Counted from the stretch's first letter, positions 8,427 to 16,511 are shown. The stretch: DNA of 64,000 bases from an uncultured Candidatus Babeliaceae bacterium (GCA_963704655.1 OY969927.1:292222-356221), one strand, 5' to 3'. Translations and numbers: made by a program. The notes: generated from the letters alone by a model not told the origin.

Positions 8427-9266
8427 TTAGCGATTGTTTGTAAACTTAAAAAGCGTCTCAGCATTTGCACTGGTGATGCGTGCAACGTCTTCTATGTTGC
8501 TCTGTGTAAGTTCAGCGATATAGTCCGCAATGGTCGCAATCTGTTCAGGTGAATTTGTTTTGCCGCGAATAACTTGTGGCGGCAAAAATGGCGCATCTGT
8601 TTCTAACACAATATGTTCAACACCAACAGTTTTAACAATCTCACGCAATGCATTATTTTTTGGATAGGTCACCGTGCCACCAATTCCCAAAAACCATCCC
8701 CATGCGGTGACCGCTTGTGCAAATTGCATGTCATTAGAATAACAATGAATCGTTACTCTTTTTAATTGATCTTTATACTGCTCAAGAACCGCGTAGGTTT
8801 CGTCTTGCGCGTCGCGGGTGTGGACGACAAGCGCTTTGTCATAGTGAAGCGCTAGCTCGATTTGTGCCCTAAATAAATCGATTTGCGCGGTGATGTTATA
8901 ATCCGGGTAATGTTTATCAAGTCCACATTCGCCAACGCCAACAATTTTTTCATGATGCGACGCAAGAAGATTTTTTAAAAAGAGAGCATCTTCTTTCCAA
9001 TTTCCTTGTGCTTCATGAGGGTGTATTCCGACAACGGAGGAGACAGTTTCAAAAAGTTTTGCAATTTCTATTGCTAAAGCGCTGTCGATTTTAGTGGTGC
9101 CAATTTCTATAATATGGGTAACATTCTTGAGTGAGGCTTGATGTAGAATTTTACGAATCTCTTGAATCTCATTGTCTGAAAATGCGCTTATAGACGTTTT
9201 ATCGATCATGTGTAAAAGATGGCAGTGGGTGTCGACAAGTTGAAAAGCAGAATCGTATTTTTTCAT
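8427..9266 (-). CDS. tatD: TatD-family metal-dependent hydrolase (DNase)
   Basis: The motifs VDTHCHL, GIHPHEA, GECGLD, VVHTRDA, IHCYS and ETDAPF occur in the canonical order. Length 279 aa. Confidence 0.9.
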   Translation of the reverse strand: MKKYDSAFQLVDTHCHLLHMIDKTSISAFSDNEIQEIRKILHQASLKNVTHIIEIGTTKIDSALAIEIAKLFETVSSVVGIHPHEAQGNWKEDALFLKNLLASHHEKIVGVGECGLDKHYPDYNITAQIDLFRAQIELALHYDKALVVHTRDAQDETYAVLEQYKDQLKRVTIHCYSNDMQFAQAVTAWGWFLGIGGTVTYPKNNALREIVKTVGVEHIVLETDAPFLPPQVIRGKTNSPEQIATIADYIAELTQSNIEDVARITSANAETLFKFTNNR

Positions 9267-9305
9267 GAAGTTTCTCTTTATGTTATAAATTTTTTTTAGT
9301 TTTTA

Positions 9306-9336
9306 TTGACAAAGTATTAAATGAAATTAGTATATT
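9306..9336 (+). promoter_or_regulatory. candidate sigma70-like promoter for hup
   Basis: TTGACA lies at 9306-9311. The -10 element is either TAGTAT (9328-9333, 16-nt spacer) or TATATT (9331-9336). Confidence 0.4.
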
Positions 9337-9466
9337 TTAGTGGTCATAATAAGCTATGTGTTATATGCAAGTCAATTAATACCTAGTTTATCTGATCACA
9401 AGCAGTGTTACAAACAAAAAAAATGTGAGTGTGACTCACAATAACCTATATCTCAAGGAGCGTCTT

Positions 9467-9745
9467 ATGAATAAGACTGAGTTAATAGATTCGTTAAGCG
9501 AAGAAACAACTTTCAGCAAAAAAGATATTACTCGTGTACTCGATGCGTTAACACGCATTGTTATGCGTACATTAAAAAAGGGTAATAAATTACAATGGTC
9601 TGGCTTTGGAACATTTTCTTTAGCACAGCGTCCAGAACGTAATGGAATTAATCCTGCTACTAAAGAAAAAATTCGTCTTCCACAAACGAATGTTCCTAAG
9701 TTCAAAGCAGGTAAAAACTTCAAAGAAGCTGTACGCCAAGTTTAA
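9467..9745 (+). CDS. hup: HU/IHF-family DNA-binding protein
   Basis: MNKTELIDSLSEE..FGTFSLAQRPERNGINPATKEKIRLPQTNVPKFKAGKNFKEAV. AAGGAG (9455-9460) lies 6 nt before the ATG at 9467. The GTG at 9425 listed in the ORF track is probably not used. Confidence 0.9.
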   Translation: MNKTELIDSLSEETTFSKKDITRVLDALTRIVMRTLKKGNKLQWSGFGTFSLAQRPERNGINPATKEKIRLPQTNVPKFKAGKNFKEAVRQV

Positions 9746-9782
9746 GTAGATGTTGCTTTAAATATCAAGCTTTTACCCTTTC

Positions 9783-9810
9783 AAAAAGCCGCTTTTATAG
9801 CGGCTTTTTC
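9783..9810 (+). terminator. rho-independent terminator after hup
   Basis: AAAAAGCCGCT / AGCGGCTTTTT forms a hairpin with a 5-nt loop and a T-run. Confidence 0.7.
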
Positions 9811-9845
9811 TTTGCATCTTTCATTTTTTTCAAGTATTCTTTATG

Positions 9846-9990
9846 GTGTCATTCCGGACCTATAAGTGTCATCCCGGACTTGCCTGTCCGCCATAGCCCT
9901 TCGGCAAGCTCAGGAGTAAACCCGAGGTGACGGCTGGGATCTGGGATCTTATACGTTAATTAAGAGACCCTGAGACACGCTCAGGGTGAC
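9846..9990. repeat. GC-rich hairpin repeat cluster (GTGTCATYCCGGAC family plus CCCTGAG hairpin)
   Basis: GTGTCATTCCGGAC lies at 9846 and GTGTCATCCCGGACTTGCCTGTCCGCCATAGCCCTTCGGCAAGC at 9866. The cluster ends with GACCCTGAGACACGCTCAGGGTGAC. Related copies lie at 11342-11412, 11654-11754, 16442-16511, 16715-16788, 19147-19180, 20849-21019, 37810-37868 and 62620-62768. Confidence 0.8.
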
Positions 9991-10014
9991 TAGTGAAATT
10001 AAGAAAGAGCCTCT

Positions 10015-11253
10015 ATGATAGATTTAGCACTTGTACGTGAAAACCCAGATACGTTTAAGCAATTGATTTTAAAAAAAGATCCAGAATTTCCAGTGGATCG
10101 TTTTATAGAACTTGAAAAAAAACAGTCCAGTCTAAAACGTGAAATTGAACATCTTCGTTCAGAAAAAAACCGCCTTGCAAAAGAAGCACAAAAAGGTGTA
10201 ACTCCAGAAATTCGTCAAGAGTCTCAAAAAATTGGCGCAGAACTTAAAGAAAAAGAATCACTTTTTGAAACTGTTGAAGCTGAATTTAATAACCTCTATT
10301 TACACTGCCCAAACTTGCCAGCAGAAGATATCCCAGTTGGGAATAAAGAGTCTAATAAAGTAGTTAAAGTGGTTGGTGAACAACCAACATTTATGTTTGA
10401 GCCAAAAAACCATGTTGAATTAGGTAAGCAGCTTGGTTGGTTCGATTTTGAAGCTGCCGCTGCAATGACCGGCAGTAACTTTGCCCTTTATAAAGGTGAC
10501 GCTGTCCGTATGCTCTACTCTTTAACTATGATGATGTTAAATAACAATTCTCAGCACGGCTATAGTCCAGTGCTGCCTCCCTATTTGGTGACTGAACAAT
10601 CGTTGACCAATGCAAGTAATTTTCCACGATTTAAAGATAATGTATACAAGGTCAGTGATGAAAATTTGTATTTAACGCCAACAGCGGAAGTTAATATTAC
10701 CAATTTGTACCGCGATACCATTTTTGCAGCCCAAGATTTGCCGCAACGCACTACTGCCTGGACAAGCTGTTTCAGAAAAGAGGCCGGCACCTATGGCGCT
10801 ACAGAGCGTGGGCTTATTCGTATTCATCAATTTGAAAAGGTTGAGGCTTATACTGTTTGTACGCCAGAACAGGCTCAAGCTGAACATGAGCGTATGCTTG
10901 CATGTGCAGAATCTATTTTGCAAAAATTAGGGTTACATTATCGCGTGAGTCTTTTGGCTGCGCAGGACTGTTCTTTTGCGGCATTTAAAACGTATGATAT
11001 TGAGGTCTGGATGCCCGGGCAAAAGGCTTACTATGAAGTTTCATCTTCAAGTAACTGTACCGATTTTCAGGCGCGGCGTACGGGTATCCGTTTTAAAAAT
11101 CAGCCAGCCGATAAGGCCCAATATGCGTATACGCTTAATACATCATCACTTGCAGTTCCGCGATTGATGGTTGCGCTTATGGAAACATATCAGCAGGCAG
11201 ATGGCTCGATAGTTTGGCCGGAGGCACTTAAAAATATTTCGATACAGTTTTAA
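10015..11253 (+). CDS. serS: seryl-tRNA synthetase
   Basis: 412 aa with an N-terminal coiled-coil arm. Class II motifs are FRKEAG, GLIRIHQFEKVE and SSSNCTDFQARR. Confidence 0.95.
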   Translation: MIDLALVRENPDTFKQLILKKDPEFPVDRFIELEKKQSSLKREIEHLRSEKNRLAKEAQKGVTPEIRQESQKIGAELKEKESLFETVEAEFNNLYLHCPNLPAEDIPVGNKESNKVVKVVGEQPTFMFEPKNHVELGKQLGWFDFEAAAAMTGSNFALYKGDAVRMLYSLTMMMLNNNSQHGYSPVLPPYLVTEQSLTNASNFPRFKDNVYKVSDENLYLTPTAEVNITNLYRDTIFAAQDLPQRTTAWTSCFRKEAGTYGATERGLIRIHQFEKVEAYTVCTPEQAQAEHERMLACAESILQKLGLHYRVSLLAAQDCSFAAFKTYDIEVWMPGQKAYYEVSSSSNCTDFQARRTGIRFKNQPADKAQYAYTLNTSSLAVPRLMVALMETYQQADGSIVWPEALKNISIQF

Positions 11254-11271
11254 AACACAGTTTTCATAATC

Positions 11272-11300
11272 AAGCCTTGCGTTATGTGAGGCTTTTTTTT
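11272..11300 (+). terminator. candidate terminator after serS
   Basis: AAGCCT (11272-11277) pairs with AGGCTT (11289-11294) and is followed by T8. The stem is short. Confidence 0.5.
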
Positions 11301-11341
11301 CTGGCGTGTGCGTTATTGTATATTCTTTGGTGGCACATCAT

Positions 11342-11412
11342 GTGTCAGCCGAGCGAGTCACAGGCTCTCTTTGGCGTTATACCACGTGTCACCCTGAGCG
11401 TGTCTCAGGGTC
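11342..11412. repeat. hairpin repeat copy (GTGTCACCCTGAGCGTGTCTCAGGGTC)
   Basis: The perfect stem ACCCTGAG/CTCAGGGT has a 5-nt loop at 11390-11410. It is preceded by the GTGTCAGCCGAGCG variant at 11342. Confidence 0.8.
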
Positions 11413-11572
11413 TTTTTATTAGATTAAAGACTGACAGGGATATTTTTTTTGTAAAAGCGCTTCCACTTTGGTGAATATGCTCAAATAATCTTCGCGCAAG
11501 ATTATTAGTGATACCAATATATAAAGTTCCGTGAGGTTTGTTTGTAAGAATATAAACATAATAAATTTTCAT
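11405..11572 (-). pseudogene. truncated GIY-YIG nuclease-family gene (N-terminal ~45 aa conserved)
   Basis: MKIYYVYILTNKPHGTLYIGITNNLARRLFEHIHQSGSAFTKK carries the GIY..YIG motifs. It then diverges and stops inside the hairpin repeat. Complete members of this small-protein family are roughly twice as long. The ATG is at 11572. Confidence 0.65.
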
Positions 11573-11653
11573 AGTATGATTTATTATATTGTTTTTTGTT
11601 GTTAAAAAAATATTCTTATCATGAAATACAACATGATGCTTTAAGTTAACAAA

Positions 11654-11754
11654 GAGACCCTGAGACGCGCTCAGGGAAGCGGAGTTTATCGTACCGCGTC
11701 CGCCATAGCTCGCGAGAGCGCCGGTCGAAACAGAGCACACAATGCCTCATGACA
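11654..11754. repeat. GC-rich hairpin repeat copy, inverted relative to 11386-11412
   Basis: GACCCTGAGACGCGCTCAGGG..CGTCCGCCATAGCTCGCGAGAGC..GCCTCATGACA. Its reverse complement starts TGTCATGAGGC and ends CCCTGAGCGCGTCTCAGGGTC. Confidence 0.75.
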
Positions 11755-11839
11755 TTAATATGCTTCTGCTACGCATTATTTTTATAATTATGATATACTT
11801 TAACTCAATAAATTTTTTAAACTTAAACTCATATTAATT

Positions 11840-13009
11840 ATGTTATTTAGTTCATCTTGTGACGTTGCGTCATTGTATATTCATTGGCCATTTTGCCCCT
11901 ATAAATGCCATTTTTGTCCCTTTGTAGCACTTGCGTCACATGATGAATACATGGAGCAGTACCATAATGCACTTACTAAAGAGATTATGCTTTATGGCGA
12001 CTATGCCCAGAAAGTGCCTATTAAAACAATCTTTTTTGGGGGTGGCACTCCAAGTACGTATCCACCAAAGTTGCTACTTGACACGTTTGGTATACTAAGA
12101 AGTACATTCGAGTTTGACCCTGCGTGTGAGATTACGCTTGAGGTGAATCCTGGAACCGTGACCCCGGAAAAAATACGTGCCTGGAAAGATGCTGGAATAA
12201 CAAGATTGAGTATTGGTGTGCAGAGTTTAAATAACGATGTATTAACGTCACTTAATCGGCATCAAAAAGCCGCTGATGTTTTAGAACTGCTTAAGCAGGC
12301 GTCGCCGCATTTTGAAGTTCTTTCAGTTGATTTGATTTTGGGGCTGCCTGGAATTAGTTTTGCTGAATGGCAAGAGCTTATAAGAACTGTTGTTACGTGG
12401 CCGATTAAGCATCTTTCGGTATATTTTTTGACGGTGCATGAAGATACACCGTTATATTATGGGGTTGCGCGGAAAAAGATTCATCTACCAACTGATGATG
12501 TGATGGTTGATACGTATCAATGGACGGCACAAGTATTAGAAGAGCATGGTTTTATGCAGTATGAAGTTTCAAATTTTGCCCGTACTGGTTTTGAATCTCG
12601 TCACAATAGTATCTATTGGAAGCGATTGCCTTATAAGGGCTTTGGAATGGGCGCCTGTTCGTTTGATGGCGCATCCCGGTTTCAGACAGAAAAGAACCTT
12701 ATGAACTATTTAAAAATAGTTGAGCAGGCAAACTCTATGCAAGAGCTTGAAAAACTTTCTATAGTGGCAGAAACCTTAACTGAAAACCAAGTTTGGATTG
12801 AAGAGCTTATGTTGGGCCTTCGTCAAAAAAATGGCATTGCCTGGCAGGTAATTCAGGTAAAGCTACCAATAGAAAAGCAAGCTTTTTTTAAAAATAAGAT
12901 TGCTGAATTTGTTGCATTGGGATACGTCGTGGATGATCAGCAGCGGTTTTGGCTCACTACATTAGGGCGCGCAGTAGAAAATGAAATTGTAGTTGCACTC
13001 TTGCAGTAG
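11840..13009 (+). CDS. hemW: radical SAM HemW/HemN-like protein (heme chaperone / oxygen-independent coproporphyrinogen oxidase family)
   Basis: LYIHWPFCPYKCHFCPF carries the CxxxCxxC motif. GGGTPS and a HemN_C-like tail are present. Length 389 aa. Confidence 0.85.
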   Translation: MLFSSSCDVASLYIHWPFCPYKCHFCPFVALASHDEYMEQYHNALTKEIMLYGDYAQKVPIKTIFFGGGTPSTYPPKLLLDTFGILRSTFEFDPACEITLEVNPGTVTPEKIRAWKDAGITRLSIGVQSLNNDVLTSLNRHQKAADVLELLKQASPHFEVLSVDLILGLPGISFAEWQELIRTVVTWPIKHLSVYFLTVHEDTPLYYGVARKKIHLPTDDVMVDTYQWTAQVLEEHGFMQYEVSNFARTGFESRHNSIYWKRLPYKGFGMGACSFDGASRFQTEKNLMNYLKIVEQANSMQELEKLSIVAETLTENQVWIEELMLGLRQKNGIAWQVIQVKLPIEKQAFFKNKIAEFVALGYVVDDQQRFWLTTLGRAVENEIVVALLQ

Positions 13010-13044
13010 AAAAATAATTATAACCACAAGATTAAAGGATAGTC

Positions 13045-13506
13045 ATGGCAAAAAACGTAGGCATTAAGTTGCCAGAAGATCTGGTAAAGATACTTAAGCA
13101 GGAAAAGACCGTTGCGATTTTGGCAACTTTTTCTGAAAAAGGGCTCCCGCATACTACCCCTATTCAATGTGTTTATCCAAAAGGGCTTGAAAGTATTTTA
13201 ATGACCATTAATAAAGAGCATATTGGCTACCACAATATGGTTTGGCAAAAAAAAGTTATGCTCTGTTTTCTTGATGAAGGCAACGTTGCTTATAGCATTT
13301 TGGGACGTGCTGGCGTAGTTCGCGCACCTTCTTTGGTTCATCCGCTTATGAACGTTGTGCGTATTGATATTATTGATATCAAGTGTGACCGATCAATTGT
13401 TACCCGTGTTGATTCTGGCGTCCGTTGGAGTTATACTTCTTCAGAAGCAGAAGAATTATCAGTTGCGTTAATGGATGAGCTTAAGGAGCTTGCACGTACG
13501 TTATAA
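13045..13506 (+). CDS. hypothetical protein, possibly a pyridoxamine-5'-phosphate-oxidase-like split-barrel
   Basis: ORF track, 153 aa. TVAILATFSEKGLPHTTPI resembles PNPOx-family N-termini. The assignment is weak. Confidence 0.55.
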   Translation: MAKNVGIKLPEDLVKILKQEKTVAILATFSEKGLPHTTPIQCVYPKGLESILMTINKEHIGYHNMVWQKKVMLCFLDEGNVAYSILGRAGVVRAPSLVHPLMNVVRIDIIDIKCDRSIVTRVDSGVRWSYTSSEAEELSVALMDELKELARTL

Positions 13507-13517
13507 GGAGCTACTTG

Positions 13518-14603
13518 ATGAACAAAAAAAAGTTTGTATATATTGGATTATTACTACCGTTAGTTTGCAGGGCGCAGGAGCAAGAAGCTCCTGCTCCGGT
13601 ACTTTCACGCAAGGCTGATGAACAAGAAATGGTCGCTTTGCAACCAGATGTTGGGGTATCAGAAGATCTTAAAAATCAGCAAGCCAGTGGTGAACAAGCC
13701 GAGGGTCTGGAAGATGAGAGTCTGGATGACGAGCAGGATGACGAAGGTCAGGATGACTCGTCAGAATCAGACATAGATTTAACCGAGTCCCCTGAGTATG
13801 CGCGGGGTAACTGGTATGAAAAACAACAGACACTTAAACAGGCCCATGATGTTTACCAAGAGGTTCGTCAAAAAGAGGCTGGTGTCGCTCAGTTTGAAAC
13901 TACGTTTATCACTAAGAAAAATGAGTTGACCAACAAGTTTGAAGAGTTTTCACAGTCGTTAAACGTTGCTTTGCCGAGTTTACATAAGGCCATTGTTGAC
14001 GAGCTTGAAAAGCTTGAGGCTATACCTAAACCCACTGGGCAATTAACGCAAGAAGAACGTATTAAAATTACGCAGGATCAAGAAACAAAGAATGTTCTTA
14101 CGCAGTTGAAAAAAGATCTTGATGCGATAACTGAACTATATAAAGCAGCAGACCAAGCTATGGTTGTTCTTATGCAACAAATTACCGCGACTCATAATTT
14201 CGAACAAAAAGCATTTGAATCGTACGAAAAAATTGCACAGGTACTGAGTGACCAAGTAGCTAAGCAGCTTTATGCAGAGATAGTAGCCGCGCGTGAAAAT
14301 ATATCCGGAATTGCTGAGTATATTAAGGGTGATTTTTCACGTTATTTTGATGAGCTATCTGAAAATATTACAAAATCTATTACCTTGGTGCATCAACAGC
14401 TTGCGACATTGAAAGAGCGTGGATTGGATCTCACCAAAACGCATGATGAAAAAATTGTTGAGGTAAAGGTGGTTGTACCTGAGCCGGCAAAGCCATCGCA
14501 AAGTTATTTTAGTACATTCATTTCTGGCGTCTATAATTTTTGGTTCGCTTTAGCGAACTACTTTGTGGGAATTTGGCGCTGGTTTGTAGGATTTTTTGCG
14601 TAA
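13518..14603 (+). CDS. secreted acidic coiled-coil protein with C-terminal hydrophobic tail
   Basis: AAGGAG (13505-13510) lies 7 nt before the ATG at 13518. Features are the signal peptide MNKKKFVYIGLLLPLVCRA, a D/E-rich stretch, long heptad-like regions and the C-terminal FWFALANYFVGIWRWFVGFF. Confidence 0.65.
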   Translation: MNKKKFVYIGLLLPLVCRAQEQEAPAPVLSRKADEQEMVALQPDVGVSEDLKNQQASGEQAEGLEDESLDDEQDDEGQDDSSESDIDLTESPEYARGNWYEKQQTLKQAHDVYQEVRQKEAGVAQFETTFITKKNELTNKFEEFSQSLNVALPSLHKAIVDELEKLEAIPKPTGQLTQEERIKITQDQETKNVLTQLKKDLDAITELYKAADQAMVVLMQQITATHNFEQKAFESYEKIAQVLSDQVAKQLYAEIVAARENISGIAEYIKGDFSRYFDELSENITKSITLVHQQLATLKERGLDLTKTHDEKIVEVKVVVPEPAKPSQSYFSTFISGVYNFWFALANYFVGIWRWFVGFFA

Positions 14604-14634
14604 AAGGTGAGCGTTAAATTTTCGATGATTTTAT

Positions 14635-14663
14635 TTGCAAGAATAAAGGTTATCTGGTACATT
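14635..14663 (+). promoter_or_regulatory. candidate promoter for tRNA-Leu
   Basis: TTGCAA (14635-14640), a 17-nt spacer and TACATT (14658-14663). Confidence 0.35.
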
Positions 14664-14736
14664 TAATGACATGTAAATCCCCAAGTCTTTGCTTATTCAG
14701 GCCTACAGGCTTGGCAAGCTTCTACGGGGCTAACGC

Positions 14737-14822
14737 GCGGAAGTGGTGAAATGGTATACACGCAGCCTTGAGGTGGCTGTGGGAGAAATCCCGTGGGGGT
14801 TCGAGTCCCTTCTTCCGCACCA
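14737..14822 (+). tRNA. tRNA-Leu (anticodon GAG), class II with long variable arm, CCA encoded
   Basis: Hand fold: acceptor GCGGAAG/CTTCCGC, anticodon stem CAGCC/GGCTG with loop TTGAGGT, variable arm TGGGAGAAATCCCGT, T arm GGGGG-TTCGAGT-CCCTT, discriminator A, then CCA. Confidence 0.9.
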
Positions 14823-14987
14823 TCCTGCACTTATCCGGGCGTAAACGCTCGGCAAGTTTCGGATGGCAGGCCAGTTTACGTTTCTTCTCAACCTGCTACT
14901 TTGATTATGTTCAGTAATGGGGCCCGCGCCGCTCGTGGTGAGCGAAGTCGAATCCATGGCGAAGGCCGGGTGAAAGTGTTAGCGAAA
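14823..14987. repeat. GC-rich repeat block directly 3' of tRNA-Leu
   Basis: 14820-14880 aligns ungapped at 41/61 with 16622-16682. The distal part GTGAGCGAAGTCGAATCCATGGCGAAGGCCGGGTGAAAGTGTTAGCGAAA resembles 16760-16788. Confidence 0.7.
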
Positions 14988-15024
14988 ATAAGTTATTCTT
15001 ACAAACAAAAAAAGGGTTTTGAGT

Positions 15025-16431
15025 ATGACAGTTTCTTTAAAAAGAGTTCTATTTTCCCAGTTGGGCGTTTGGTTTTTAATCACGCTTTTTGGGGTCTATT
15101 TTCTCCTGAATTTACGACAAAATTTAAACTTTGGTATCGATCTTGTAGGTGGAACCTATATAACACTTGAAGTAAAAACAGATTTATTACTTGAGCATGA
15201 ACAGGCGTTGCGTGGCAAAGAGGGCAAACCCCTTAATGATCGCGAAAAGCAAGAAGTTGTAAGAAATGCAGTTCATGACAATATCGAAGTTCTGCGTTCA
15301 CGTTTAGATAAATCGGGTGTTGGCGAAGTAACTATCGCGGCACATGGTGACAAAAATATATTGATTGAACTTCCTAATGTGCATAATCCTGAACAAGCAA
15401 AGGCTATGATCGGCAAATCTGCATTATTAGAAGTTAAACTTGTTGAAGATTCAGCTAGTTCAGAAGAAGAGCTTTTAGAAAAATATAAAGGTAAACTTCC
15501 TGATGATAAAATCATTGTTAAAGAGATCAGAAACCGTGGTTACAGCGCTCAACCAATGGCAACCTATCATGTTGTAGCTAAATTTACCGATCTTACGGGT
15601 AAATTATTAAAAACGGCACAAGCTCGTTTAAGTGATGCGAAAAGTCTTTCAATTGCGCCGGTTATTGCTTTTGAATTTAAACCAGAAGGTGCTGAAAAGT
15701 TTTACCAACTTACAAAGAAAAATGTAGGTAAATCGATTGCTCTTATTCTTGATAATGAAGTTATTACCGCTCCTCGAGTTAATGAGCCTATTAATGGTTC
15801 TGGTCAAATTAGCGGTGACTTTGATATGCAAGAGGCAAAAGATATTGCACTTATGTTGCGTACCGGTGCTTTTACCGCTCCAGTTCAGATTGTTGAAGAA
15901 CGTCACATTGGGCCATCTTTAGGTGAGGCTGCAATTTCACAAGGGCTCACTTCATGCCTTATTGGCTTGGCTCTGTTATTCCTGTTCAGTATAATCTTTT
16001 ATAAAGTTGCTGGCCTTTTTGCTTTTATCGTATTATTGTACAATTTATTGCTGATACTTTTTGCTCTTTCTTGGTTCCAAGCGGCGCTTACGCTTCCTGG
16101 TATTGCTGGGATAGTGTTGAGTATCGGTATGGCAATTGATGCTTCAATTTTAATTTATGAGCGTATCAAAGAGGTCCTGGCAAGTGGGGCATCTCTCAAA
16201 AAAGCTGTTGATGAAGGCTTTTCCGGTGCACTTACGGTAATTTTAGATGCTAATATTACCCACTTTATCGTTGCGGTTGTATTATACTATCTTGGTGCTG
16301 GCCCTATTCAAGGTTTTGCTGTAACCATGATTATTGGTATCATTGCAACGTTGTTGACCGGGATACTCTTATTACGTGCTATTTTTGAATTTTATACCTC
16401 AGTTTTAGGTATACAAAAAATTTCAATTTAG
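15025..16431 (+). CDS. secD: protein translocase subunit SecD
   Basis: LNFGIDLVGGTYITLEV is followed by a periplasmic domain and six C-terminal TM segments (..LPGIAGIVLSIGMAIDASILIYERI..). The ATG is at 15025. The track start at 15019 is a TTG. Confidence 0.9.
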   Translation: MTVSLKRVLFSQLGVWFLITLFGVYFLLNLRQNLNFGIDLVGGTYITLEVKTDLLLEHEQALRGKEGKPLNDREKQEVVRNAVHDNIEVLRSRLDKSGVGEVTIAAHGDKNILIELPNVHNPEQAKAMIGKSALLEVKLVEDSASSEEELLEKYKGKLPDDKIIVKEIRNRGYSAQPMATYHVVAKFTDLTGKLLKTAQARLSDAKSLSIAPVIAFEFKPEGAEKFYQLTKKNVGKSIALILDNEVITAPRVNEPINGSGQISGDFDMQEAKDIALMLRTGAFTAPVQIVEERHIGPSLGEAAISQGLTSCLIGLALLFLFSIIFYKVAGLFAFIVLLYNLLLILFALSWFQAALTLPGIAGIVLSIGMAIDASILIYERIKEVLASGASLKKAVDEGFSGALTVILDANITHFIVAVVLYYLGAGPIQGFAVTMIIGIIATLLTGILLLRAIFEFYTSVLGIQKISI

Positions 16432-16441
16432 TATAATATAC

Positions 16442-16511
16442 GTGTCACCATGGACTCGTTTCAGAGTCTCTTTATTAGCGAATAAGATGCTGAACCACGT
16501 TCAGCATGACA
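16442..16511. repeat. hairpin repeat copy upstream of tRNA(CAT)
   Basis: GTGTCACCATGGACTCGTTTCAGAGTCTC is followed by the perfect 9-bp hairpin ATGCTGAAC-CAC-GTTCAGCAT. The copy ends ..CATGACA. Confidence 0.7.

Noticed and set aside
8343-8552. 69-aa plus-strand ORF
   Set aside because: It spans the truncated MITE copy and the antisense of the tatD 3' end, and it has no coding signal.
9425-9466. Upstream non-ATG starts listed in the ORF track for hup (9425), secD (15019), the 13515 ORF, rsmG (37112), gatC (39253), 41063, 45943, 47156, 22571 and 20657
   Set aside because: In each case an in-frame ATG a few codons downstream has a better-placed purine-rich ribosome-binding site and/or begins the conserved or signal-peptide sequence. 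The alternatives cannot be excluded without experimental data.
11573-11740. N-terminal 56-aa extension of the GIY-YIG ORF as listed in the track
   Set aside because: The extension is a translation of the GC-rich hairpin repeat. The family-conserved sequence starts at the internal Met (11572).
14823-14987. Structured ncRNA gene (SRP/4.5S RNA, tmRNA, 6S) in the GC-rich block after tRNA-Leu
   Set aside because: I looked for the SRP domain IV GGAA/AGCA motifs and tmRNA tRNA-like ends and found none. The block is better explained as copies of the dispersed repeat family. The trailer conservation is reported separately.
14730-15170. ORFs 14730-14957 (-) and 14793-15170 (+)
   Set aside because: They overlap tRNA-Leu and the GC-rich repeat block. 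They exist only because GC-rich repeats lack stop codons. The second also overlaps the secD start.
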